Origin: Gammaproteobacteria bacterium
GTDB taxonomy: Bacteria > Pseudomonadota > Gammaproteobacteria > Steroidobacterales > Steroidobacteraceae
DNA length: 28,401 nucleotides
Assembly (NCBI GenBank): GCA_025350345.1
Contig: JANXYA010000049.1
Span: forward strand, 1-28,401
Direction of reading: 5' to 3'
A program made the position numbers and the translations under genes. Positions 16,198 through 23,607 of this stretch are shown piece by piece. Position 1 is the stretch's first letter, and each line of letters opens with the position of its first letter. The notes under the pieces were generated by a model. It was not told the origin of the DNA and made no database searches. It was given only the letters and a program-made list of their open reading frames with translations.

Positions 16198-17640
16198 CTA
16201 GAACTTGTGGGCGCCGTGCGCGCCGATGCTGTAGAGGTATTGCAGCATGAGCTGCCGATCGCGGAGGTCGAGGCGCGCATCGTCCCAGGCGTACTGCGCA
16301 CGCAGTCGCGTGAACTCGCTGGGATTCCAGTCAAACATCACGCTGACGCGGGTCGGCTTGGCCGGCGCCAGCGTCGGGAAGCTGATGGGAGGCAGCAGGC
16401 CGCTGTCGATGAGGCCGATGTAAGTGCTGCCCGAATCAAGCGCGTCGTAGCGGGCGCCGAAGCGCCAGCGCGGCATGAACTGATACACGCCCTGTGCGTA
16501 CCAGCCCGATTGCCGGCTGCGGTAAGGCGCCGACAGCGTCAGCTGATTGATCGTCGCCGCGAGCTGTCCGTCCTCGGTGCGCTGCAGGTACTCCGCCTGC
16601 AGCTTCAGCGAGTGCACGTTGGCATTGCCGTGCGGTGACCACTTCAGGATCCCATCGACCACCCAGGTGTGCGAATCGCCGGTGAATGCCTCATCGTTCG
16701 GAACACCGCCCGCCGTGATGTCGGTGAAACTGCGGTCTTCGGCGCGCGCGTCCAGCCACGACAGTCCGAGGCGCCAGCTGGTCGAATCGCCGATGTCATC
16801 GCCCACATGCGCCAGCAGCGCGCCGCCGTTGAGGCCGTTGCCCTGCAGGCTGGTGCGCGGAAACTGCGCGCCGTTGCCGGTCTCCGCGCCGAGTTCGACA
16901 AAAATGTCCGTCGGTGCCACCCACTTGAGCTGGGCGCCGTCCTGCGCCAGCTGCCCGCCGAACATCGCCTGGTAAATGAGCGGCTGGTCCACGAAATCCC
17001 AGGCGTGGCTGTGAACTTCGTTCAGGTAGCCCAGGCCGGAGAAGAACCGCCCCGCCTTGATCGACAGGCCGGAGGGCAGGGCGAAGGTCTTGACGTAGGC
17101 CTCTTCCACACTGATCGAATTGTCGCCGGTGATGGCGGTGGTGAGATTGGCGAAGAAATAGGGATCGACGTTGGCTGCGAGCGACAGCTCGGATTCACCC
17201 AGGGTGAAGCCGCGCGGGCCCGGGCCCACTCCCTCGCCCGCCGGCATGAAGCCGGCGATGCGATAAGTCGCCGGATCCTCGGACAGCTGCGCATAGCGGC
17301 CGCCGAGAATGACCGAGATGGCCGGATTGAAGGCATTCTGTCCGCCCCCGCCTCCCGGAACGCTGGGTGGCAACGCCACGGCAGCAGGGGCCGGGACCTC
17401 CGCCGCCGCAACCGGCGGCGCGGCGCTGGACGCCGCAGCGCTCGAGGCCGCGGCGAGCTGCGACTCGAGCTGTGCCACGCGCGCCTCGAGCGCGCTGAGC
17501 TCCTCCTGGTAGCTTGATTTCACCGCGTCGAGCTCCGATCGCAGCTCGCTCAGCTCGGACGCACGCGCCGGCATCACCGCCAGCGCCAGCAGGCTCAACG
17601 CCGCCAGGCGCAATACGCCTATAGCCTTGTATCTGATCAT
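16198..17640 (-). CDS. Outer-membrane beta-barrel (porin-like) associated with metal uptake
   Basis: Signal peptide, coiled coil, Ala/Pro linker, NAFNPAISVIL, GESEL.L.ANVDPYF, NEVHSHAWDFVDQPL, alternating beta-strand patterns, C-terminal GAHGAHKF; GGAGAGG RBS. Confidence 0.8.
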   Translation of the reverse strand: MIRYKAIGVLRLAALSLLALAVMPARASELSELRSELDAVKSSYQEELSALEARVAQLESQLAAASSAAASSAAPPVAAAEVPAPAAVALPPSVPGGGGGQNAFNPAISVILGGRYAQLSEDPATYRIAGFMPAGEGVGPGPRGFTLGESELSLAANVDPYFFANLTTAITGDNSISVEEAYVKTFALPSGLSIKAGRFFSGLGYLNEVHSHAWDFVDQPLIYQAMFGGQLAQDGAQLKWVAPTDIFVELGAETGNGAQFPRTSLQGNGLNGGALLAHVGDDIGDSTSWRLGLSWLDARAEDRSFTDITAGGVPNDEAFTGDSHTWVVDGILKWSPHGNANVHSLKLQAEYLQRTEDGQLAATINQLTLSAPYRSRQSGWYAQGVYQFMPRWRFGARYDALDSGSTYIGLIDSGLLPPISFPTLAPAKPTRVSVMFDWNPSEFTRLRAQYAWDDARLDLRDRQLMLQYLYSIGAHGAHKF

Positions 17641-17705
17641 GGGACCGCCTCTCCAAACTCATGAGAATCGCCGGACCGCCGCGGCGGCCGGACCCGTGCC
17701 GAGAG

Positions 17706-18026
17706 CTACGGGTGAGCGGGCGGGGCTCGAGAGCGATAGGCAGTGTGAGTGGCGGCGCGCGGCTGCAGCTGCGCCTGAAAGGCGATGACGGAGGATGCGC
17801 GTGCCGGCAGATGCAGCAGAGGAACCGCTGAACCGCCCACGGTGGCCAGGAGCGGTGCAAAGGCCACGCACTCGCTGCAGGTCAGTGCATGGACGCGCTG
17901 CGGCTCGTCATTGGCGTCGCGCGCTACGGTCAGGTGCGAGTAGGCGTGCGCCTGCGCCCCCAGCTGCGCGATCACGAGGACCAGCGCCTGGAGCTTGCAC
18001 AGTACCCTTAGCCTGGAAAGACGCAT
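17706..18026 (-). CDS. DUF2946-like upstream ORF with CxxC and C-terminal RAPP motif
   Basis: 106 aa from ATG 18026: hydrophobic N-terminus, AHAYSH, CSEC (17868-17879), and ...YRSRAPPAHP* (RAPP codons 17718-17729); ends 65 nt before the porin start. Confidence 0.75.
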   Translation of the reverse strand: MRLSRLRVLCKLQALVLVIAQLGAQAHAYSHLTVARDANDEPQRVHALTCSECVAFAPLLATVGGSAVPLLHLPARASSVIAFQAQLQPRAATHTAYRSRAPPAHP

Positions 18027-18052
18027 CTGCTGGCTGCCGCTCACTGCGTGGA

Positions 18053-18081
18053 ATCCTAGCACTTTCAGCGGGTTAAAGCAG
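18053..18081 (-). promoter_or_regulatory. Candidate extended -10 sigma70 promoter for the uORF/metal operon
   Basis: Minus strand CTGCTT-N17-TAGGAT with TGn directly upstream of the -10 (TGcTAGGAT); about 27 nt above ATG 18026. Confidence 0.5.
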
Positions 18082-18155
18082 CGCCCGCGGGCTGTAAACG
18101 ATCTGTAGGTACCCGGTAAGCCACCGGCAAGTAGCCCTGGGGCATCGTTGGCCCC

Positions 18156-19754
18156 ATGGAAACCCAAGCAATCAGCCCGATTTCAAGGACCGCAGGCCAG
18201 GCTCGCGCCGCGCGTGCCCTGCTTCCGGTGTTCTGCGCCAAGGCCGCCTGCGCCGCCGTTTCGCTGGCGCTGCGCCTGGTCCGCAGCCACTTCCAGCTGT
18301 GGCGACTGTGCGCCCGCCACTACCCGGAGGCGCTCAGTCGCCTGGCCGCCTTGATGGCGTACCTGAACTGCCGGCTGGCGACGGCTACCGTGCCGGCGTA
18401 CCAGCGGTTTCTCGCAGCACAGCGCGTCCCGGCCGACACCGCGGCACTGTCGGAGTTTCCGGAGACGACGCGCGAGAACTACGCCGGCGTGTACACGCTG
18501 GAAAGTCAGTGCCGGCAGGGCCGCTGGGACTTGCCCGGCTCGACCGTGGACGAATCCTCCGGCTCGACGGGGCAGCCCTTCAACTGGCTGCGCTGCGCGG
18601 CGGAGCTCGAAGACATCCATCGCAACATCGGCAACTACATCCGTCTCGAATTTCCCACCGAGCGGTTGTTCTGCATCAACGCATTCTCGATGGGAGCCTG
18701 GGCGACCGGCGTCAATTTCACCGCCGCGATGCGCCGCGTCGCGATGGTCAAGTCGGCCGGGCCCGACGTGCCCACCATCATCGCCACGCTGCGGGCCTTC
18801 GGGCCGAAGTACGACTACCTCATCACGGCCTACCCGCCCTTTCTCAAGCACCTGTGCGACGAGCTCGAGACCTCCGGACTGCCGCTCAGCGACTACCGGC
18901 TGTACGGACTGGTGGCGGGCGAGGCGATGACCGAGGCGCTGCGATCACACCTGCAGAAGCGCTTCATCAAGGTGCTGTCGGGGTACGGTGCCTCCGATGT
19001 GCAGGTCGGCATCGGCGGCGAGACCGATTTCACCGTCGCGCTGCGCCAGCGCATCGCCGCGGATGCCAGGCTGCGCTACGCGATCCTCGGCGAAGGGGAG
19101 GACCGGATCCCGATGATCTTCCAGTACAACCCCTGCGAAAGCTACATCGAGGTCAACACGCGCGATGAGCTCATCTTCACGCTGGGCAATACCTCGGTGT
19201 GCTGCCCGAAGCTGCGCTACAACCTGCACGACGAAGGCATGGTCAGGTCCTTCGGCGAAATCGCAGCGACGCTCGCACGGTGCGGGGCCGCCGCCGGAGG
19301 TGCCGCAACGGCCATGCCGCGCGCCAGCATGCGCATGCCGCTGCTGTTCCTGTTCGGGCGGCGCGACAGTACGGTCTCGGTCATGGGTGCGAACATCTAC
19401 CCGCAGGACATCGAGCACGGCCTGTATCGCAATCCGCAGCTGGCGCAGCGCATCCACGGCTTCGTGCTGGCGCTCGAGGAGCACAGCGACCTGAGCGGCA
19501 GCGTCACCGTGCACGTGGAGTGGCGCGACCAGCCCTCAGCCGCGTCCAGCGCAGCCATCGCCGCGGAGCTCGAAGCGGGCGTCTGCACCTACCTGCAGGC
19601 CAGCAACCGCGACTTTGCCAATGCGGCGCGCGAGCTCTCGCAGGCCACGCGCATCCGCGTGAACCTGCACAAGATGGGCACCGGGCCTTTCGCCGCGCGC
19701 CGCGCGAGCATCAAGAACCGCTACCTGCTGCGCGCCGCGCCGGCGACGGTGTAG
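18156..19754 (+). CDS. PaaK-like adenylate-forming (ANL superfamily) enzyme
   Basis: VPAYQRFL, ESSGSTGQP (A3 P-loop), AGEAMTE, YGASD, RYNLHDEG, GRRDSTVSVMGANIYPQDIE (A8); start uncertain because no clear RBS. Confidence 0.85.
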   Translation: METQAISPISRTAGQARAARALLPVFCAKAACAAVSLALRLVRSHFQLWRLCARHYPEALSRLAALMAYLNCRLATATVPAYQRFLAAQRVPADTAALSEFPETTRENYAGVYTLESQCRQGRWDLPGSTVDESSGSTGQPFNWLRCAAELEDIHRNIGNYIRLEFPTERLFCINAFSMGAWATGVNFTAAMRRVAMVKSAGPDVPTIIATLRAFGPKYDYLITAYPPFLKHLCDELETSGLPLSDYRLYGLVAGEAMTEALRSHLQKRFIKVLSGYGASDVQVGIGGETDFTVALRQRIAADARLRYAILGEGEDRIPMIFQYNPCESYIEVNTRDELIFTLGNTSVCCPKLRYNLHDEGMVRSFGEIAATLARCGAAAGGAATAMPRASMRMPLLFLFGRRDSTVSVMGANIYPQDIEHGLYRNPQLAQRIHGFVLALEEHSDLSGSVTVHVEWRDQPSAASSAAIAAELEAGVCTYLQASNRDFANAARELSQATRIRVNLHKMGTGPFAARRASIKNRYLLRAAPATV

Positions 19755-19759
19755 CCGCC

Positions 19760-21445
19760 ATGCTACGCCGCGCCACTTTGTCTGCAGCCCTCCCCGGCGT
19801 TGCCCTGGCGCTGGTGTTGCTGGCCGCCTGCCGCGGCCCGCAGGTTTACCTGGCGGCCACGTCGGCGGACCTGCAGGCCAATCCGGTCGCGGGCCTGGGC
19901 GACGCCGACGCCGGGCGGATGCGCTTTCTGTTCGATGACCTCAATGGCCTGAGCACGCAGACCCTGCAGACCAACGCTTTCCCCTGGAAGGTCGTCACCA
20001 CCGCGTTCCTGCTGGAACGGCAATCGCACCCGCTGACGCCGGCCGATCTGGACGGCCTCGGCGCCGTATTCCAGGAGTTCGGCTTCATCACACCCGCGGG
20101 CATCGCCAACTGGCCGGCCGGCCAGCCTGCACCGCACTTTGCACGGCCCATGGGAATTACCGCCGGCACCATCAGCAGCCCGGTGCTGGGATTCAGGCTG
20201 GAAGTGGCCAACGTGACTTGTGCGGCCTGTCATGCGGGCGTGAGCTACGACGCGCAGGGCATGCCACAGGCGCAAGTCTGGCTGGGCCTGCCCAACACCT
20301 CGGTCAACTACCAGGCCTTCGGGATCGCTGTGACGCGCGCGCTCGGCGCCGCAGTCCGTGATCCGCAGCGATTCCTCGCGGCCCTGCAGGCGCTCTACCC
20401 GCAGCTGGACCGGCGCGAGTTTCACACGATTGCCGGGCGCGTGCTGCCGGCGCTGTCCCGCCACCTGGCCCAGATCGCGGCGACGACGCCGGACTACCCG
20501 TTGGGATTTCACGGCGGCTCGAGCGGCTTCATCAACGGGCTCGGCGCTGCCAAGCGCATGTTCGGGGTGCTGCCGGCTGCGCTCGTCCCCGCCGATCGGG
20601 GCTCCACCTCGGTGCCGGATCTGGCCAGCCTGCGGCTGCGCTCCTCGGCCTTCTGGGATGGCGGCGATGCGCCGGCCGGACAGGCGCGCTTCGAGGAACG
20701 GACCGCCGCCGAGGCGACAGAGGCGCATTACCAGGATTTCGCACCGATCATGAACGCGGTGACGACGCCGGTCATGGGCATCGAGCCCAAGGTCGCGATC
20801 CGCTCGCTGCCGCGCGTGCGGCAGATCGCGCAGTTCCTGCGCGGCTATGCGCCGCCGAAATTTCCCGGAACGATTGATCGCGAGCGCGCGCTGCGCGGCC
20901 GCGAAATCTTTGCGCACTCCTGCAGCCGCTGCCATGGCGAGTACAGCGCAGGCATCGACGAGGTGAGCCTGGAGCGCTTTCCCAATCGCCTGGTCCCGGT
21001 CGAGCGCATCGGCACCGATCCTCTGCGTGCGCAGCTCGTCACAGCCAATCTGGTCGCGGCCTTCAAGCGTTCGCCATTCGCGGCGGGTGTCGACGCGGCG
21101 GCGACCGGCGGCTACGCCGCACCGCCGCTGGATGGCCTTTGGGCTACGGCGCCGTACCTGCATAACGGCAGCGTACCGACGCTGTGGGACATGCTGCACC
21201 CGGCCTCGCGGCCGCAGCGCTTCTGGGTCGGCGGCCACGCCCTCGATTTCTCCCGTGTCGGCATCGCCCTGCAGCCCGATGCCGATGGAGTGTGGGTCTA
21301 CGCCCCCGGCTATCGGCCGTGGGCACAACCGAGCCTCTACGACACGCGCGAACCCGGCCAGTCCAACCAGGGCCACGCCTTTCCCTTCGAGCACCTGACC
21401 GAAGCGGAGAAGACCGACCTGCTCGAGTACCTGAAACTGCTTTGA
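19760..21445 (+). CDS. Di-heme c-type cytochrome lipoprotein, RoxA/MauG/CcP-like
   Basis: Lipobox LLAAC; CAACH (20219-20233) and CSRCH (20921-20935); IGTDPLRA; APPLDGLWATAPYLHNGSVPTL (PYLHNGSVP at 21152-21178); 561 aa. Confidence 0.85.
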   Translation: MLRRATLSAALPGVALALVLLAACRGPQVYLAATSADLQANPVAGLGDADAGRMRFLFDDLNGLSTQTLQTNAFPWKVVTTAFLLERQSHPLTPADLDGLGAVFQEFGFITPAGIANWPAGQPAPHFARPMGITAGTISSPVLGFRLEVANVTCAACHAGVSYDAQGMPQAQVWLGLPNTSVNYQAFGIAVTRALGAAVRDPQRFLAALQALYPQLDRREFHTIAGRVLPALSRHLAQIAATTPDYPLGFHGGSSGFINGLGAAKRMFGVLPAALVPADRGSTSVPDLASLRLRSSAFWDGGDAPAGQARFEERTAAEATEAHYQDFAPIMNAVTTPVMGIEPKVAIRSLPRVRQIAQFLRGYAPPKFPGTIDRERALRGREIFAHSCSRCHGEYSAGIDEVSLERFPNRLVPVERIGTDPLRAQLVTANLVAAFKRSPFAAGVDAAATGGYAAPPLDGLWATAPYLHNGSVPTLWDMLHPASRPQRFWVGGHALDFSRVGIALQPDADGVWVYAPGYRPWAQPSLYDTREPGQSNQGHAFPFEHLTEAEKTDLLEYLKLL

Positions 21446-21458
21446 CAGGCAAGCCACC

Positions 21459-22580
21459 ATGCACTTCCAGCCCATCACCACGCGCCGTGAACTGACCGAG
21501 TGGCTCGATCTGACGCGGCGGATCTACCCGACGCCCCTGTACGTGCCGCCGATCAGGCAACAGCTCGTGAAGTACTTCGAACAGCAGGGTGACGGCGGCT
21601 CGACGCACTGCGCCTTCTTCGCGGTGCGCGATGCGAGCGGCGCCATCGTGGCGCGCACCACCGCGCACTCGAATGCCGCACTCGACGAGAAGTTCGGCCT
21701 GCCGCTGCAGCTGTTCGGATTCACGGAATTCATCGAGGATCCGGCCGCGTTTGCCGCGCTCATCCAGGGACTGCACCGCCAGGGCAGCTATGCCGGGCGC
21801 CACGCGCTGTTTGGCCCCTGCAACCTCCTGCCCAATGCCTACGGCGGCGTGCTCACGGCCGGGTTCGACCAGCGCGGCATCCTCGACAGCGTCTACAACC
21901 ACGCCTACTACGCCGACTACTACCGCCAGGCCGGGTTTCGCGAGCGCTTTGCCTCGGCCACCTACATCTGCGACAGCGTGCAGAGCGGGCCCGACGCCAC
22001 GGCCGTGTTCCGCTTTGACGACGGGCGAATCGCCGGCGAGGGGCTGGAGATCCACTACGCCGACCGCCGCCGCTTTGGCGAACAGATACCGCTGTTTCAC
22101 CAGCTGTTGAACACCTGCTTTGCCGAGCGGCCCTACTACACCAGCATCTCCCTGCCCGAGTTGCATGAACGCATGGCCGAGCTGGTGCACATCATGGACG
22201 AGCGGCTGCTCATGTACCTCACCCGCCATGGCCAACCCGTCGCCTTCGCCATCTGCCTGCCCGACATCTCGGAATTCCTGGCGAAGGTCGACGGCAACCT
22301 GAACCTGTACAACCAGCTGCGGCTGCTGCTCACGCGCCACCGCTATCGGCGCGACGCGCTGTTCGTGGTCGCCGGCGTCGTCGCCAGCTGCCGGGGCCTG
22401 GGCTACCAGGCCTTGCTCCAGCGGCAGCTGTTTCGCAACCTGCGTGCCCACGGCTATCGCGCGATCCGCTCCACCTATGTCGAGGACGACAACGTCGCGG
22501 CCCGCACGCAGTTCCTCAGGATGGGCGGACGCGTCATGCAGCGCCTGAACTTCTTCCAGCTCGAGGTTGCCGGTGACTGA
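21459..22580 (+). CDS. Tandem-GNAT acyltransferase, YghO/bacterial ceramide synthase-like
   Basis: IY...YVPP, FGFTEF, LFGP, GF, N..YY..YY..AGF, LLN..F.....Y.S, GQPVAFAICLPDISE.L.KVDG.L, YVEDDN match the recalled layout of this ~370-aa family. Confidence 0.72.
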   Translation: MHFQPITTRRELTEWLDLTRRIYPTPLYVPPIRQQLVKYFEQQGDGGSTHCAFFAVRDASGAIVARTTAHSNAALDEKFGLPLQLFGFTEFIEDPAAFAALIQGLHRQGSYAGRHALFGPCNLLPNAYGGVLTAGFDQRGILDSVYNHAYYADYYRQAGFRERFASATYICDSVQSGPDATAVFRFDDGRIAGEGLEIHYADRRRFGEQIPLFHQLLNTCFAERPYYTSISLPELHERMAELVHIMDERLLMYLTRHGQPVAFAICLPDISEFLAKVDGNLNLYNQLRLLLTRHRYRRDALFVVAGVVASCRGLGYQALLQRQLFRNLRAHGYRAIRSTYVEDDNVAARTQFLRMGGRVMQRLNFFQLEVAGD

Positions 22581-23607
22581 CTTCGCAGCCCTGCGGGAGC
22601 GCGAGTGGCTGGCGCGGCGCGCGCCCTCGGCCCACAACACCCAGCCCTGGCTGCTGCACTACCAGGCCGACGCCATCCGCCTGGACTTCGACCCGCGCCG
22701 GCACCTGGTGCAATCGGATCCGGGACACCGCGACCTGCTCCTGTCACTGGGCACGTTCGTGGAATCGCTCCTCATCGTGGCAAGCGATGCGGGCCTGGGG
22801 CTGGCGTTCGAGGCTGCGATCGATCTCGAGCGGCACCGCATCGGCTGGTTCCGCCGCAGCGAGGACCTCTACCCCACTGCCTTCGTTCCGCAGGACCTGC
22901 TGCGCCGCCGGACCAGCCGGCTGCCGCTGACTTCGCCGAAGCTTGCTCCGGCTGCCCGCGAGGCCCTGCATTCGCAGCTGCGCGCCGCCGAGCGGCTCGA
23001 TCTGCTGCGCGGCGAGGAGGTGCGCGACCTGCTCGGCCCGGCCGATCGCCACATGCTGGATGAACCCGGCATAGCCGCCGAATTGCGGCAGTGGTTGCGC
23101 CACGATGGCGATGCCCCCGACGCAATGGCGGCCGACTCGACGGCGGCCGATGGACTGAGCAGCGCGTGCCTGTCGCTGAGCGCGCTGGAAGGGCGCGTGC
23201 TGGCGGCCCTGCTGAGCCCGCCGGTGCATCCCTGGTTCCGGCGCCTGCACCTCGCCGCGTTGCTCAATGCCCTGACGCCGCGACTGGTCCACGAGGACAG
23301 CACGCTGCTGGCCCTGCGCGCCCGGGGCAGGGAGCCGGCAGATGTGCTCGAGGCCGGGCGCAGCCTGATGCGATTGTGGCTCGAGCTGGGCCGGATGGGC
23401 CTGTACGTTCAGCCACTGAGCCAGATCCTGGATTTTCCGGAGACGCAGGCGCGATTGGCAGAACGCCTGCGTGTTGGTGCGGACGAGCACCTGTTGTGCC
23501 TGTTCCGTACCGGCCATTCGCCACCGCCCGCGCTGTCGCGACGACTGGGCGAGACGGCGGCGCAGCGCGCATCGCTGCGTGCCGCCGCGGGCGCGGACCT
23601 GCCGTGA
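22573..23607 (+). CDS. Acg-like nitroreductase-fold protein
   Basis: ARRAPSAHNTQPW, LRRRTSR, GRSLMRLWLEL..MGLYVQPLSQ, LCLFRTGH; GTG 22573 with GAGG RBS, overlapping the upstream stop. Confidence 0.8.
   Translation: MTDFAALREREWLARRAPSAHNTQPWLLHYQADAIRLDFDPRRHLVQSDPGHRDLLLSLGTFVESLLIVASDAGLGLAFEAAIDLERHRIGWFRRSEDLYPTAFVPQDLLRRRTSRLPLTSPKLAPAAREALHSQLRAAERLDLLRGEEVRDLLGPADRHMLDEPGIAAELRQWLRHDGDAPDAMAADSTAADGLSSACLSLSALEGRVLAALLSPPVHPWFRRLHLAALLNALTPRLVHEDSTLLALRARGREPADVLEAGRSLMRLWLELGRMGLYVQPLSQILDFPETQARLAERLRVGADEHLLCLFRTGHSPPPALSRRLGETAAQRASLRAAAGADLP

Noticed and set aside
18027-18155. Zur/Fur box for the metal uptake operon
   Set aside because: No TGTTAT-N-ATAACA-like or GATAATGAT-like palindrome is visible in the intergenic region.
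18156-19754. Calling the ligase paaK
   Set aside because: No other paa genes are nearby, motifs diverge and there is an N-terminal extension.
19760-21445. Calling the di-heme gene roxA (rubber degradation)
   Set aside because: Motifs fit the family, but the size, lipoprotein anchor and context differ; function cannot be assigned from motifs.
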